A stretch of 64,000 bases of DNA, taken from the IMG/VR virus record IMGVR_UViG_3300025381_001071; one strand, given 5' to 3'. Positions 34,101-43,798 of the stretch are shown here, one piece after another (position 1 is the stretch's first letter; the number at the start of each line of letters is the position of its first letter). The notes under the pieces are model-generated. The model worked only from the letters and a program-made list of their open reading frames with translations, had not been told where the DNA came from and searched no databases. The stretch is from a virus. The position numbers were made by a program, and so were the translations under genes.

Positions 34101-35495
34101 TTATACATTAAATCTATTTCTTAGTGCTTGAAAATTCTGTGAGACTTCTTGTGCTGTTAATGCTCTAGTGTACATCTTATATGCTCCAATTTGTCCAGCA
34201 AAGTAGTTGGTACTACCACCTAGATATAATGAGGTAGTATCGCTCTTAGCTAAAGATAGATATGTAGCTGGTGATGGATTTCCTTTAGTGCTTGTAGTAG
34301 TACCTTGGCTCACACCATTTATGTAAAGTGTAGTTTTATTAACACCGTCGTATGTTAATACAATATGATACCAAATAGCGGCTGAGTAAGTTGGGCCTGT
34401 AATATAAGCATTGGTAGCACCATCAAATACTCCACCGTTAATCTTATTACTGACAAATGCCAGTTGACTATCTTGCCATCCGCTGTTAGCTGTGCTGTTA
34501 CTGTATTCTACAAGCAACGATCCTGTTGCTACAGAGTTAGGACGAGCCCATACATCATAGGTCCATCCTGCTGAGGTGTTTAATAGTGTGCCATACCCTG
34601 CTGTATCTATAGCCCACTGATTGGTTCCGTTGAACGCTAGGACTGTGGCATTATTAACCTTGGCTGTAGTTGGAGTATTGTAAAGTGTTAGTGTACGATT
34701 ATTGGTACTTAGATCTCCTAAGTTACCTGCACCAACATAAGCAATAGGATCGTAGTTGGCCAATAGGTTAGTTGTAACAATGTCAAGATCGTATCTATGA
34801 GATATAGCATTGTAGTTTTGCTGTATTTCGTTAGCACTTAGGCAACGACCGTAGACGGCACACAGGGCAATATCACCGAGCCAATAGTTATCGCCGGCAC
34901 CTATGTTTTCGTTTCCGTTACTGCTCCATTGATTGAATGTAACGCCTGTATTAGTGCTCACAAGTTTTCCATTAAAATAATATGAAACAGTTCCGTCTAG
35001 CGAATGGGTAACAGCGATGATAAACCATTGCCCAACAGTTACAGGTATATTGCTAGATAAGCCGCCACCACCGTTTGCGCTGTAGTGTATTTGATAAACA
35101 CCAGTACTTGGGCAATATAGATAAGTGTTAAAGTTTCTTGTGCCGCTGGCTGTGCCAAAAAGGCAACGATAAGTTCCGGCAGTTATGGGGCCGCTCAGTC
35201 TTGCCGCAACAAACACAGTCTTACCTGTGTAAGTTTGATTATACTTGGCGGTAGCAGTAGCAACATACTGCGACCCGCCGCCATTTAGATTAATCAAACC
35301 GTTGTAAGTACTACTATATGTTGGACTGCCTGCACTAGTGCCGTTGTTAGCATTGCCAGACAAATCTGTATAGGTTGTTCCGCTACCTGAGTAACTAGCG
35401 GCATTGCCTATGTCTATGTAGAGTAAGGCACCGTTTGAATTAAACGAGCCATCATTTACGCTAATGTTGGTTAGGGTTACACCTTGAATAATCAT
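34101..35495 (-). CDS. Tandem LamG/ConA lectin domain virion protein
   Basis: Two copies of the LLY.D...SY.GSG...DLS / W..I..T.D / Y.RAL module. Confidence 0.85.
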   Translation of the reverse strand: MIIQGVTLTNISVNDGSFNSNGALLYIDIGNAASYSGSGTTYTDLSGNANNGTSAGSPTYSSTYNGLINLNGGGSQYVATATAKYNQTYTGKTVFVAARLSGPITAGTYRCLFGTASGTRNFNTYLYCPSTGVYQIHYSANGGGGLSSNIPVTVGQWFIIAVTHSLDGTVSYYFNGKLVSTNTGVTFNQWSSNGNENIGAGDNYWLGDIALCAVYGRCLSANEIQQNYNAISHRYDLDIVTTNLLANYDPIAYVGAGNLGDLSTNNRTLTLYNTPTTAKVNNATVLAFNGTNQWAIDTAGYGTLLNTSAGWTYDVWARPNSVATGSLLVEYSNSTANSGWQDSQLAFVSNKINGGVFDGATNAYITGPTYSAAIWYHIVLTYDGVNKTTLYINGVSQGTTTSTKGNPSPATYLSLAKSDTTSLYLGGSTNYFAGQIGAYKMYTRALTAQEVSQNFQALRNRFNV

Positions 35496-35498
35496 TGC

Positions 35499-38400
35499 TT
35501 ATCCTATGTAGGCCACTGACCAGTTATCATTAGCGTCAAAGTTGATTGATCCCAATGTTACCTTGGCTACTAGTGTGTCGCCTACTGCCAGTTTGGCTAT
35601 GGTGCTGACGCCAAAGTGATTGACTGAAGGGTTTGGGCCAGTTTCCCACATCGCTTGATTAGCCTGACTGCCTAGACCATTATTCTTGATAACAGTGACT
35701 TGCGACTGTCCTGCTGAATTACTGGTCACACGGGCTACAAGATGTATGCTGTATAGTCCTGCGAGCGGAGCGGTGAACACACCAGTTGATGTATTTAATG
35801 CTGTTCCCTGTTGATAATCAACTGCGTAGTTATTACCGTTTAGAATACCATTAGTGTTAACAGTTGTACTTAGGTTATTGGTAGTACCAGCACCGTATAC
35901 ACGGAACGCAGGACGGTTTGGCATGTTGAACAAGACAGTTGATGTTGTTTGTGTAATAGAACCAATGTTAGTGCCAGCCGCATTTAAGAATGTGATAGCA
36001 TTGGTGTTATCAGCCGCTGGTCGTAAAGTCATGCCATACTGTGTACTACCGCCCGGATACTTGATGCCCAATGTTGAGTAATATCCAACAACTTGTGCGG
36101 CTCCGCCTAAAAGTGTTGTGCCGTTAACTGATAGGATACTATTAGTACCGGGCATTACGATGTCACCATCGACGGGCATGGTAAAGGTGCCAGTGTTGTC
36201 AAACAGGTAACTGTAGTTGCCAGCGACTAAGGTCACATTAGGCTGTACACCAACGATATTGGCCTGTTGTGTCACTGTGACATTGGTTAGGCTTGATCCA
36301 TCACCTACAAACTTATTGGCTGTAACATTGCCACCAACGCCAACGCCGCCAGTAACTACCAATGCTCCAGTTGTGGTTGATATACTGGTATTAGTTGCAT
36401 ACATTAGTATCTGTGTACTAGTGGTAACAATCACATCTGCTAGTCCGTCAGGATTCAATACCAAGTTAGCATTAGATCCTGCTGGAGTTGTTATCTGATT
36501 AGATACATTTAAGGTATTGGTAATAAATGTTCCAGTACCAGTTAGAGTAGCCAAAGTACTTGTACCGCCATACCATTTGAAAGCATAGTTGCTAGTTGCA
36601 CTAGGAATACTGGTCCATAATCCACCCGGTTCAATGCCAGTTGCGTAGTCAACAGTAGTAGGGGACTCTTGTTGATAATAGGATATCTTAACACCAGTGC
36701 TAGTGGTAACGAAACTAGGAGGATTAACTCCTGTATTAGTAAAACTTATACTGGTAGACAAGTTATTTAGGCTAGCAGAACCACTTATACCTTGTACACC
36801 TTGTACACCGTTAGTTCCAGCAGTACCTTGGGCTCCAGTTGTTCCTTGTGTGCCATTAGTTCCAATACTACCAGCAGTACCTTGGGCTCCAGTTGTTCCT
36901 TGTGTGCCATTAGTTCCAATACTACCAGCAGTACCTTGGGAACCAGTAGAACCAGTTGTTCCTTGTGCGCCATTGGTGCCATTTGATCCAGCAGTACCTT
37001 GAGCACCAGTAGTACCCTGAGCTCCATGACTACTAAAAGAAACACCATTTAATGTTACAGAACCAGTTGAACTAACAGCAAATGTATATGTTCCGCTGAC
37101 CAGTGTAGATGTAGTACCACCGCTTACTGGCTGTCCGTTGATATAGATAGTAGTAGCACTGACCACATTGAATACAGTTGTGCCTGTACTATCAACCACA
37201 GGAGCATTGGTAACATTGCTGTAGTCTACGGTTCCTGTCCAGGCTGTATATTGTATAGAAGAATCGGGGAATGTTATTCCGGCATTACCACTATTCGTTG
37301 TTAATCCAAATGTCCAAGTATTGTAAGTATAAGTACCTACTGGGTTACCAGAACCTAGACCAAATTGTGTGTCAGGATTCCATGTAGTTAACGGATTAGT
37401 TAGTGTGCCTGTGTTTACATATAAAGGATGTGAAAAGTTTGGGTTATTAAGTTGCCACCCGCCATCATATGTGATAGAAGAATCACTACTGGGATTATAG
37501 TTAGCAGGTGCCCACTTAGGTGGTGTTTGGCCATTTAATCTTGTATATGTGCCTAATGCGCCACCCCAAACCAGTCCGCTATTATCTGAAATAGTTATTG
37601 TAATAGGAGCACCTTGTATAACTACAGGATCACCGGTTAAACTTCCTGGCAACTCTAAAATACCATTCCAGCCAAAAGTCCAAGTACTATAAGCAACATC
37701 AACGCTATCGCCTGTGGTGATTTTAACAGGATAGTAACTGTTGATATCAAAATGTCCGCTACCGCCTAACCCCGGAACTTGATAGTTTAATGATCCGGGT
37801 AATGATGTACTGCCATCTGTATTAAATGACCAAGAATGTGTTTCTCCGTTAGTGTTTATCTGTACAGGTCCGTTATCAAACAACCATACTTCACTATAGT
37901 TGGTTCCACCAGTATAGATATCTATGGCTGTTCCTGTAGAATTTGCGTAAATGTACTGTACATTATTCAATTGAAGACCTTGACTACCGTCTAGGGCTAT
38001 TGATTGGTTACCGTTGACTAATGTATTTGTTGATGTGATGTAACCTAGATCGTTAGTGAACGCCGAAATGTGAGTGGGCACAGAAGGTTCAGGAGCCGCA
38101 TCAACCCAAGTGCCGTCGTAGTAAACATAACTTCTACCACTGCCGATATCATACCATAGTGTACTGGTACTTGCAGGAACAGGAGGAGTACTGCTTTGTA
38201 TAACACCACCACTGTGGAATAGTTCACCGTTTAGTGTAATAGAACCAGATGTGGTTAGTGTAAATCTATAAGGACCGTTGATCAGTGTGCCACCTGGAAA
38301 CTCTGCTGGACTTCCGTCTGCGTGTTCAATAATAGCACCTGCGGGAATAACAAAGTTACCTGCTGTATTTACAGACACGGTGTATGTACCGTAACCGATT

Positions 38401-38525
38401 GTACTGATAGTGCTGCCTGTAACAGCACCTAACCATTTAACCCCGTCCCAGGTATATACTATACCATTTGCGTTTGCGTATTGTTGTCCAACTGTGGGGT
38501 TGCTTGGAAAATGTAGTAATGACAT
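35499..38525 (-). CDS. Tail fibre with collagen-like segment and C-terminal C1q-like domain
   Basis: FPSNPTVGQQY start, Gly-X-Y repeats, C-terminal RPAFRV...TGVFTAPLAGLYSI...LAVGDTL. Confidence 0.8.
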   Translation of the reverse strand: MSLLHFPSNPTVGQQYANANGIVYTWDGVKWLGAVTGSTISTIGYGTYTVSVNTAGNFVIPAGAIIEHADGSPAEFPGGTLINGPYRFTLTTSGSITLNGELFHSGGVIQSSTPPVPASTSTLWYDIGSGRSYVYYDGTWVDAAPEPSVPTHISAFTNDLGYITSTNTLVNGNQSIALDGSQGLQLNNVQYIYANSTGTAIDIYTGGTNYSEVWLFDNGPVQINTNGETHSWSFNTDGSTSLPGSLNYQVPGLGGSGHFDINSYYPVKITTGDSVDVAYSTWTFGWNGILELPGSLTGDPVVIQGAPITITISDNSGLVWGGALGTYTRLNGQTPPKWAPANYNPSSDSSITYDGGWQLNNPNFSHPLYVNTGTLTNPLTTWNPDTQFGLGSGNPVGTYTYNTWTFGLTTNSGNAGITFPDSSIQYTAWTGTVDYSNVTNAPVVDSTGTTVFNVVSATTIYINGQPVSGGTTSTLVSGTYTFAVSSTGSVTLNGVSFSSHGAQGTTGAQGTAGSNGTNGAQGTTGSTGSQGTAGSIGTNGTQGTTGAQGTAGSIGTNGTQGTTGAQGTAGTNGVQGVQGISGSASLNNLSTSISFTNTGVNPPSFVTTSTGVKISYYQQESPTTVDYATGIEPGGLWTSIPSATSNYAFKWYGGTSTLATLTGTGTFITNTLNVSNQITTPAGSNANLVLNPDGLADVIVTTSTQILMYATNTSISTTTGALVVTGGVGVGGNVTANKFVGDGSSLTNVTVTQQANIVGVQPNVTLVAGNYSYLFDNTGTFTMPVDGDIVMPGTNSILSVNGTTLLGGAAQVVGYYSTLGIKYPGGSTQYGMTLRPAADNTNAITFLNAAGTNIGSITQTTSTVLFNMPNRPAFRVYGAGTTNNLSTTVNTNGILNGNNYAVDYQQGTALNTSTGVFTAPLAGLYSIHLVARVTSNSAGQSQVTVIKNNGLGSQANQAMWETGPNPSVNHFGVSTIAKLAVGDTLVAKVTLGSINFDANDNWSVAYIG
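36817..36940 (-). repeat. 54 bp exact tandem repeat within collagen (GSIGTNGTQGTTGAQGTA), 2.3 copies
   Basis: CCAGCAGTACCTTGGG units start at 36817, 36871 and 36925. Confidence 0.92.
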
Positions 38526-38542
38526 TATTGTGTTTCCTGTTA

Positions 38543-41194
38543 TTACATTAGTTGTTCTATGCTAATGAAGTTTGTATTGTAAGAAGATCCTGTTATAGCA
38601 GTTATTCTATAGGCTTTTTGACTATTAGGTATTGTTAATACCATTTCTGCTCGATCTCCAGGATTTAGCGATGTACCGCCTAGTACTGTTCCGGCTGTTG
38701 TAAAGGCAACTGAGTTTCCGTTTACAACATTGATCGAACCAGCATAGAATGTTGACAAGTTGTATGTAGCAGTGAATACTCCAGTTACTGCTCCTACTTT
38801 CAAGTTGTTACCAACTCCTGACCATTCTGCGTAGACATTGTCAAATGTTACAGGATTTCCTGAAATGACAAATGACGACAACTTGGTCACTGCTGTAGAT
38901 GTATTAGCCGCTGTGGTAAATGGGACCTTGCCCCATACATTAGTGGTCCCACTTGGATTAACCAGTGTGTATGTCAATCCAGGAATGTAGTTATTGAGAT
39001 AAGTTGATTCACCAACTCTCCAATATGGAGTATTATAAGGTCCAAACAAACCGCTGGTCACATTGGTAATAGTCATCAACGGACCACCGATTGGATCGTG
39101 TATTTCCCAACCTATTTGTGGCTGTGGATATGAGCCTTGAATAATATCAATGTAGAAAACATTTGTACCTGTATCAACAGTGGTTACATTATAGTTAGTT
39201 TGAACATAGTTTTCATAACAAATGTATAGATCTGAACCATCATAGGCAAAATCACCTATTGTATCTCCAGGATTACCTACCAATGATGGTGGAGGACTAA
39301 CCGGTCTTAACTTAACACCATTGTTTAATAGGCTAACTGCTGTTGTAGCTGATATAGCATAAGAAGCTGTTACAGAGTAAGAACTACTAGAAGCAAAGGC
39401 AGATGTAATGCCTGTACCTGTGTAGGCTGTGGTTTGAACAGTGCCATCTGGAAACTGAACACTACCGGTAGATAGCACTGCTAGTGTGTAAGTTCCGTAG
39501 TTGATGTGATTAGTTAGTGTGCCTGCTGCTATTGTGGCTGTGGTTGCGCTGGCCTGAACGCTACCATCGGGCCATGTAATACTACCGTCAGGATTGAACT
39601 GCCATGTATAGGTAGTGCCGCCATTAAATGTTGACAGTTTTACAGGCGCTGCCGAAACATCGCTGGCAATCAATCCGCCGCCGCTTGTTGCTGTAACTGT
39701 GATAGTGGGTGTTGTTCCGTAATCTATAACTAGGCCGCCTGGTAATATAAAGTTACCCGCTGTGGTCAATGTTGCAGTATGATTATTGTTAGTTAATGAG
39801 TTAGCACTTACATATTGATTAATAGTACTGGTTGTTACATATCCCAAACTATAAACATTGGCATATGTGAGATAACCTTTGTCATTAATAAATGTAGATA
39901 TGTTAGTAGTTGTTAGTGATGCCGTGGTAACGATGTTGGCTGTACCAGTGATGTTGTTCCATGCCACAGTGCCAGTATAAGCAGTGGTTTGGAAAGTGCT
40001 ATCAGCAAACTCGATGTTACCGTGTGGTCCACCATTTAGCACAGTTGATACCACAAATGTAGCACTGGTTCCGCTGTTAGAGTTATTAATATAAACAACA
40101 TCTCCAATAGAGTAACCACCGCCTCGATTATTAATACTCAAGGAGTTAATACTTCCTCCCGGAGCATGGAAATCAACTGTCAAGCCTGTTCCGCTACCGC
40201 CTGTAGTTTGTACATTGGTTCCAGTTGAAGGATAGTTAGTACCACTTGTGGCTAATGTTATCGATGTAGGAGGTCCGGAAACATTATTGTAACCCACTCT
40301 TAAATAGGTTAGATTTATTTCCCCCATTTCTGGATTAATGGAAACATTGTTAGTTGAATATAATGTAGCGGTATTGCCAATACCATCTGCCAATAATATT
40401 CTCAAAAAGGTATTATAAGCATTACCCTCTTGTGGTATTGTGTAGGCTGTATCTTGTACAGTTCCATTGTTAAATGTAACACTACCGTTGGCGTTTAATG
40501 TAAATGTACTAGTACCGTTTTCTAAACTACTATGTGTTGGTTCAACCCAATGATATCCGCCAGCACCGTCGTCATATAAGAAACCAGCAGTGCTAGTTGT
40601 AGGGGCAATGGTAGAAGTAATAGTGATACTTTGGTGTCCAGGAGTATCGTTGGTAGCAAGTTCTATACCGTTACCAGCAACAAATGTCAATGTATCCAGC
40701 CCAACCGCAGTTAGTGTATTGGCATTGGCAATCTCGATGTATTTAAAAGTAGAGTTCATGCCAATCAATACCGCGCCATTGCCCTGATCAGTTACACTAA
40801 AAGCAGATTCAGTATCAAAATTTAAGTGTGTAACATTGGTAACTGTGTTAGAACCTGTGCCAGTTATACTATTAAACAAGCCAACTTCTTGAATATATCC
40901 GGCATATTGCCCAATGGTAGCAGTGGTAATAAATGAACTTTGTTGACTTTGTTCGCTAGGACTAGCATCGATCCAAGTTCCATCGTAATATACATAGGTT
41001 CTACCACTTACAGTATCATACCATAGTGTTGTTGTACTGGCAGGAACCGGAGGTTGATCACTTTGAACAAGTTGATTAATAGCACCATCGTATAATAGGC
41101 CAAAATTGGCATTAATTTTATTAAATGCTGTTCTTAATGTGTCACCGTCGCCCGCATTTGGGGCAGATCCGGTGTTAATATACGAAATTGTCAT
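38543..41194 (-). CDS. Baseplate or tail fibre protein with T4 gp9/gp10-like N-terminus
   Basis: INTGSAPNAGDGDTLRTAFNKINANF; FPDGTVQTTAY repeats; LWYD...YVYYDGTW module. Confidence 0.75.
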   Translation of the reverse strand: MTISYINTGSAPNAGDGDTLRTAFNKINANFGLLYDGAINQLVQSDQPPVPASTTTLWYDTVSGRTYVYYDGTWIDASPSEQSQQSSFITTATIGQYAGYIQEVGLFNSITGTGSNTVTNVTHLNFDTESAFSVTDQGNGAVLIGMNSTFKYIEIANANTLTAVGLDTLTFVAGNGIELATNDTPGHQSITITSTIAPTTSTAGFLYDDGAGGYHWVEPTHSSLENGTSTFTLNANGSVTFNNGTVQDTAYTIPQEGNAYNTFLRILLADGIGNTATLYSTNNVSINPEMGEINLTYLRVGYNNVSGPPTSITLATSGTNYPSTGTNVQTTGGSGTGLTVDFHAPGGSINSLSINNRGGGYSIGDVVYINNSNSGTSATFVVSTVLNGGPHGNIEFADSTFQTTAYTGTVAWNNITGTANIVTTASLTTTNISTFINDKGYLTYANVYSLGYVTTSTINQYVSANSLTNNNHTATLTTAGNFILPGGLVIDYGTTPTITVTATSGGGLIASDVSAAPVKLSTFNGGTTYTWQFNPDGSITWPDGSVQASATTATIAAGTLTNHINYGTYTLAVLSTGSVQFPDGTVQTTAYTGTGITSAFASSSSYSVTASYAISATTAVSLLNNGVKLRPVSPPPSLVGNPGDTIGDFAYDGSDLYICYENYVQTNYNVTTVDTGTNVFYIDIIQGSYPQPQIGWEIHDPIGGPLMTITNVTSGLFGPYNTPYWRVGESTYLNNYIPGLTYTLVNPSGTTNVWGKVPFTTAANTSTAVTKLSSFVISGNPVTFDNVYAEWSGVGNNLKVGAVTGVFTATYNLSTFYAGSINVVNGNSVAFTTAGTVLGGTSLNPGDRAEMVLTIPNSQKAYRITAITGSSYNTNFISIEQLM

Positions 41195-41229
41195 CTTGGG
41201 AATCCTTGGGTTTGGCTACGGTTCATCCA

Positions 41230-41296
41230 GTATTTAGTTGCTCTTTGAACAAACCTATGCTATAATAAAATGGTAACATTTACACAGATAAATATT
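41230..41296. promoter_or_regulatory. Divergent promoter region
   Basis: Minus strand CTAAATA (late) for the fibre operon; plus strand TTGCTC-17-TATAAT (41238..41266) and GATAAATA for the HNH gene. Confidence 0.6.
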
Positions 41297-41318
41297 GGTA
41301 TATGAAAGAAAGTAGAAA

Positions 41319-41828
41319 ATGTCGACATTGATTTTGAACGCCGACGCAAGTCCAGTAAGCCTACTTCCTTTGAGCACTATCTCTTGGGAGGAAGCAATCC
41401 GTTATTTGGTATCTGACAAGGCCATTGTATTAGATTGGTACGAAGATTGGATAGTTCGCAGTGAAAAGTGGAGTACTCCCGTCCCTGCTGTTATGATTTT
41501 GAAAGAATACCAAAAGAAGAAAACCACAGTTCGCTTTAGTAAGCATAATGTGTTTCTTCGTGACGGCTATACTTGCCAATACTGTGGTGAAGATGTTGCC
41601 CGTAAAACTGCTACATTGGACCATGTGTTGCCAGTATCACACGGCGGTAAGACTACTTTTGAAAACTGCGTTTGTGCCTGCGCTAGTTGTAATGCCAGCA
41701 AGGGCAACAACAAGAAGATTGTTCCAAAGGTTAAACCAACCAAACCTACATACTTTCAGTTAGCTGAAAAGCGTAAGAAGTTGGATTGGAATGTTCCGCA
41801 TCCTAGCTGGACAGCATATCTAGGATAG
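41319..41828 (+). CDS. HNH endonuclease, McrA/COG1403-like zinc-binding type
   Basis: LILNA...RDGYTCQYCG...TLDHVLPVSHGG...NCVCACASCNASKG. Confidence 0.88.
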   Translation: MSTLILNADASPVSLLPLSTISWEEAIRYLVSDKAIVLDWYEDWIVRSEKWSTPVPAVMILKEYQKKKTTVRFSKHNVFLRDGYTCQYCGEDVARKTATLDHVLPVSHGGKTTFENCVCACASCNASKGNNKKIVPKVKPTKPTYFQLAEKRKKLDWNVPHPSWTAYLG

Positions 41829-41831
41829 CAC

Positions 41832-41857
41832 AAAAGCCCCGTAAGGGGCTTTTTTAT
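41832..41857. terminator. Bidirectional Rho-independent terminator
   Basis: AAAAGCCCC-GTAA-GGGGCTTTTTT between converging genes. Confidence 0.88.
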
Positions 41858-42072
41858 TTCTCACGGAAAATAATGCGACATTTGGTTAAATCATAGACCG
41901 ACATTTCTGTGCGAACACGGTCACCAAGAAGAATTTGGATTTTATTTTGGCGTATTCTGCCACTGATGTGTCCTAGTACTAGAGCATTATTCTCTAGTCG
42001 AACACGGAACATCGAGTTAGGGAGGGCTTCTTCTACCACTCCCATCATCTCTATCAAATTGTCTTTTGCCAC
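41854..42072 (-). CDS. infA: Translation initiation factor IF-1
   Basis: 72 aa; [15 protein letters not shown]...HISGRIR...I.IL.GDRV..EMS.YDL.K.RI. Confidence 0.95.
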   Translation of the reverse strand: MAKDNLIEMMGVVEEALPNSMFRVRLENNALVLGHISGRIRQNKIQILLGDRVRTEMSVYDLTKCRIIFREK

Positions 42073-42087
42073 TTGGCTTACATCTCC

Positions 42088-43410
42088 TTAAATTTTCTCA
42101 CCTGCCGCAAATCCACGCCAAACCTTAAAGCGTGGAAAACGCAAACTATACACATTATCGCTGTCTTGATTCAATGTAGCAACATCCGCACGAACTTCGC
42201 CAACTTGCCCAACTACTTGATCTTTAACAGCCCAAATCTCTTCACGATCCTTGTCGCTCCATCCACTGCCAACACTGACACGAATGAACTTGCCATCATC
42301 TTCGCCTTCAAACAAGATAGCACCCATTTTACCCACATTCTTACCAGTGCCTTCTTCCACTGCTACTGCTGTAAGACTGACTTCGATAAACGGTTTCATC
42401 TTGAGCCAACTCACACTTCGCTTGGCTTCATATACGGCATCAATATCTTTGATCATAATGCCTTCAAAACCTGATTCAATGGCATCTTTGTTATACTGTT
42501 TGAACTCTAGTTCGCCCACATAGGTATCCAAATCAACTGCTGTTTGCGGAATAATGTCAATGCTACCAATCCTGTCAAACACATCTTTCATATTGCGTAG
42601 CATTTTACTACGATGCTGTTGACCCAAACTAGATTTACCTGCTTGGAACTCTGTCAAGGACAGGATGTCAAACAACATCAGTCGAGCATCTTCGCTTTGA
42701 ACATCACTTTTACGATGTACCTGTTTCATTAGTGCTTGGAAACTAGAGCTAACCATTTCGCCGTCTAACACTAGAGAACGATTAAACAAATCGATATTTT
42801 TTTCAATAGCTTCTGTAATGTGGGCAAAGTTTTCCAACAACTTACCATTACGGCTGTACATTGTGGCTGTCTTGTTATTGATATTGATCACAGTAATAAC
42901 ACGAACACCATCCAACTTGGGTTCTAGCAACTTCTTACCCACAATCTTCTTTTCGTGATTAGCACCGTCATGTGCCAACATACACTCGAACAAAGGAATA
43001 CCTTGAATCTTACTAAATCGACCTGACAAGACCTTGTTTACAGTCTTTTCACTGACACCGCAACGAAGGTCTTTGATAAGGATACGGCGATACCAATCAT
43101 TCCATTGTGCCTTGGTGCTTGCTGACAGCGCCAGTTCAATGGCATCACGAGCGGCATGTCCGGTAAGTTCACGAGCAGCCAAACTACGGGCTAGTTCTTT
43201 AAAGACTACCCAAGGTAAACCCTGTCCTTCTCCGCCACCGTGTGTGGGCACTTTCTTGACACCAAAAGTAATCATAGGGTCAAGGGCCAAACGGAAACCT
43301 TCAAACAGCTCTTGATTGTCTGCTTCGGCCTCAGCTTCAATAATTGCTTCTTTGTTTAAACGACTTGCGTGTTCTTCAAGGCTACGAATAACGCTATCAC
43401 AATGACTCAT
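42088..43410 (-). CDS. ATP-dependent DNA ligase (T4 gp30-like)
   Basis: EPKLDGVR (KxDG), LDGEM, FEGIMIK, WLKMKP, SLRFPRF. Confidence 0.95.
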   Translation of the reverse strand: MSHCDSVIRSLEEHASRLNKEAIIEAEAEADNQELFEGFRLALDPMITFGVKKVPTHGGGEGQGLPWVVFKELARSLAARELTGHAARDAIELALSASTKAQWNDWYRRILIKDLRCGVSEKTVNKVLSGRFSKIQGIPLFECMLAHDGANHEKKIVGKKLLEPKLDGVRVITVININNKTATMYSRNGKLLENFAHITEAIEKNIDLFNRSLVLDGEMVSSSFQALMKQVHRKSDVQSEDARLMLFDILSLTEFQAGKSSLGQQHRSKMLRNMKDVFDRIGSIDIIPQTAVDLDTYVGELEFKQYNKDAIESGFEGIMIKDIDAVYEAKRSVSWLKMKPFIEVSLTAVAVEEGTGKNVGKMGAILFEGEDDGKFIRVSVGSGWSDKDREEIWAVKDQVVGQVGEVRADVATLNQDSDNVYSLRFPRFKVWRGFAAGEKI

Positions 43411-43413
43411 GGC

Positions 43414-43464
43414 ATTCCTGTGTGTTAAAAACTATATTATACAGGAATTTTAGTCATTTGTCAA
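43414..43464 (-). promoter_or_regulatory. Consensus sigma70 promoter TTGACA-17-TATAAT, overlapped by an 8 bp inverted repeat covering the ligase RBS
   Basis: -35 at 43459..43464, -10 at 43436..43441; ATTCCTGT / ACAGGAAT arms. Confidence 0.85.
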
Positions 43465-43790
43465 ACACTAAATGAGCTACCGCATCCACATTGGCTAACA
43501 GCATTGGGGTTTTTTATGTTAAAACTGCTACCCATTAGATCTTCTTTGTAATCAATGACAGCACCATTAAGATACATCATGCTCATACTATCAACTAATA
43601 CTCGAAACTTACCAGCTTCTAGTACGAAATCGTCTTCGTTTTGTTCTTCATCAATGGTAAATCCATATTGGAAACCACTGCACCCTCCGCCTTGTACAAA
43701 AGTGCGTAAGGCAACATTGGGATTATCTTCTTCTAAAAGAATATCCGATATTTTTGATTTGGCAGCATCTGTAATAGTTAGTTGATCCAT
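43461..43790 (-). CDS. erpA: A-type Fe-S carrier protein, ErpA-like
   Basis: [28 protein letters not shown]. Confidence 0.88.
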   Translation of the reverse strand: MDQLTITDAAKSKISDILLEEDNPNVALRTFVQGGGCSGFQYGFTIDEEQNEDDFVLEAGKFRVLVDSMSMMYLNGAVIDYKEDLMGSSFNIKNPNAVSQCGCGSSFSV

Positions 43791-43798
43791 GATGATAT

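Noticed and set aside
25315-36940. CRISPR-like or guide arrays
   Set aside because: The 84 bp and 54 bp repeats are in-frame coding repeats without unique spacers.
19000-41194. Diversity-generating retroelement acting on fibre or lectin C-termini
   Set aside because: No reverse transcriptase in the window, and no repeat pair differing only at adenines was seen; the shared modules differ at synonymous positions of all base types. A remote RT/TR elsewhere in the genome is not excluded.
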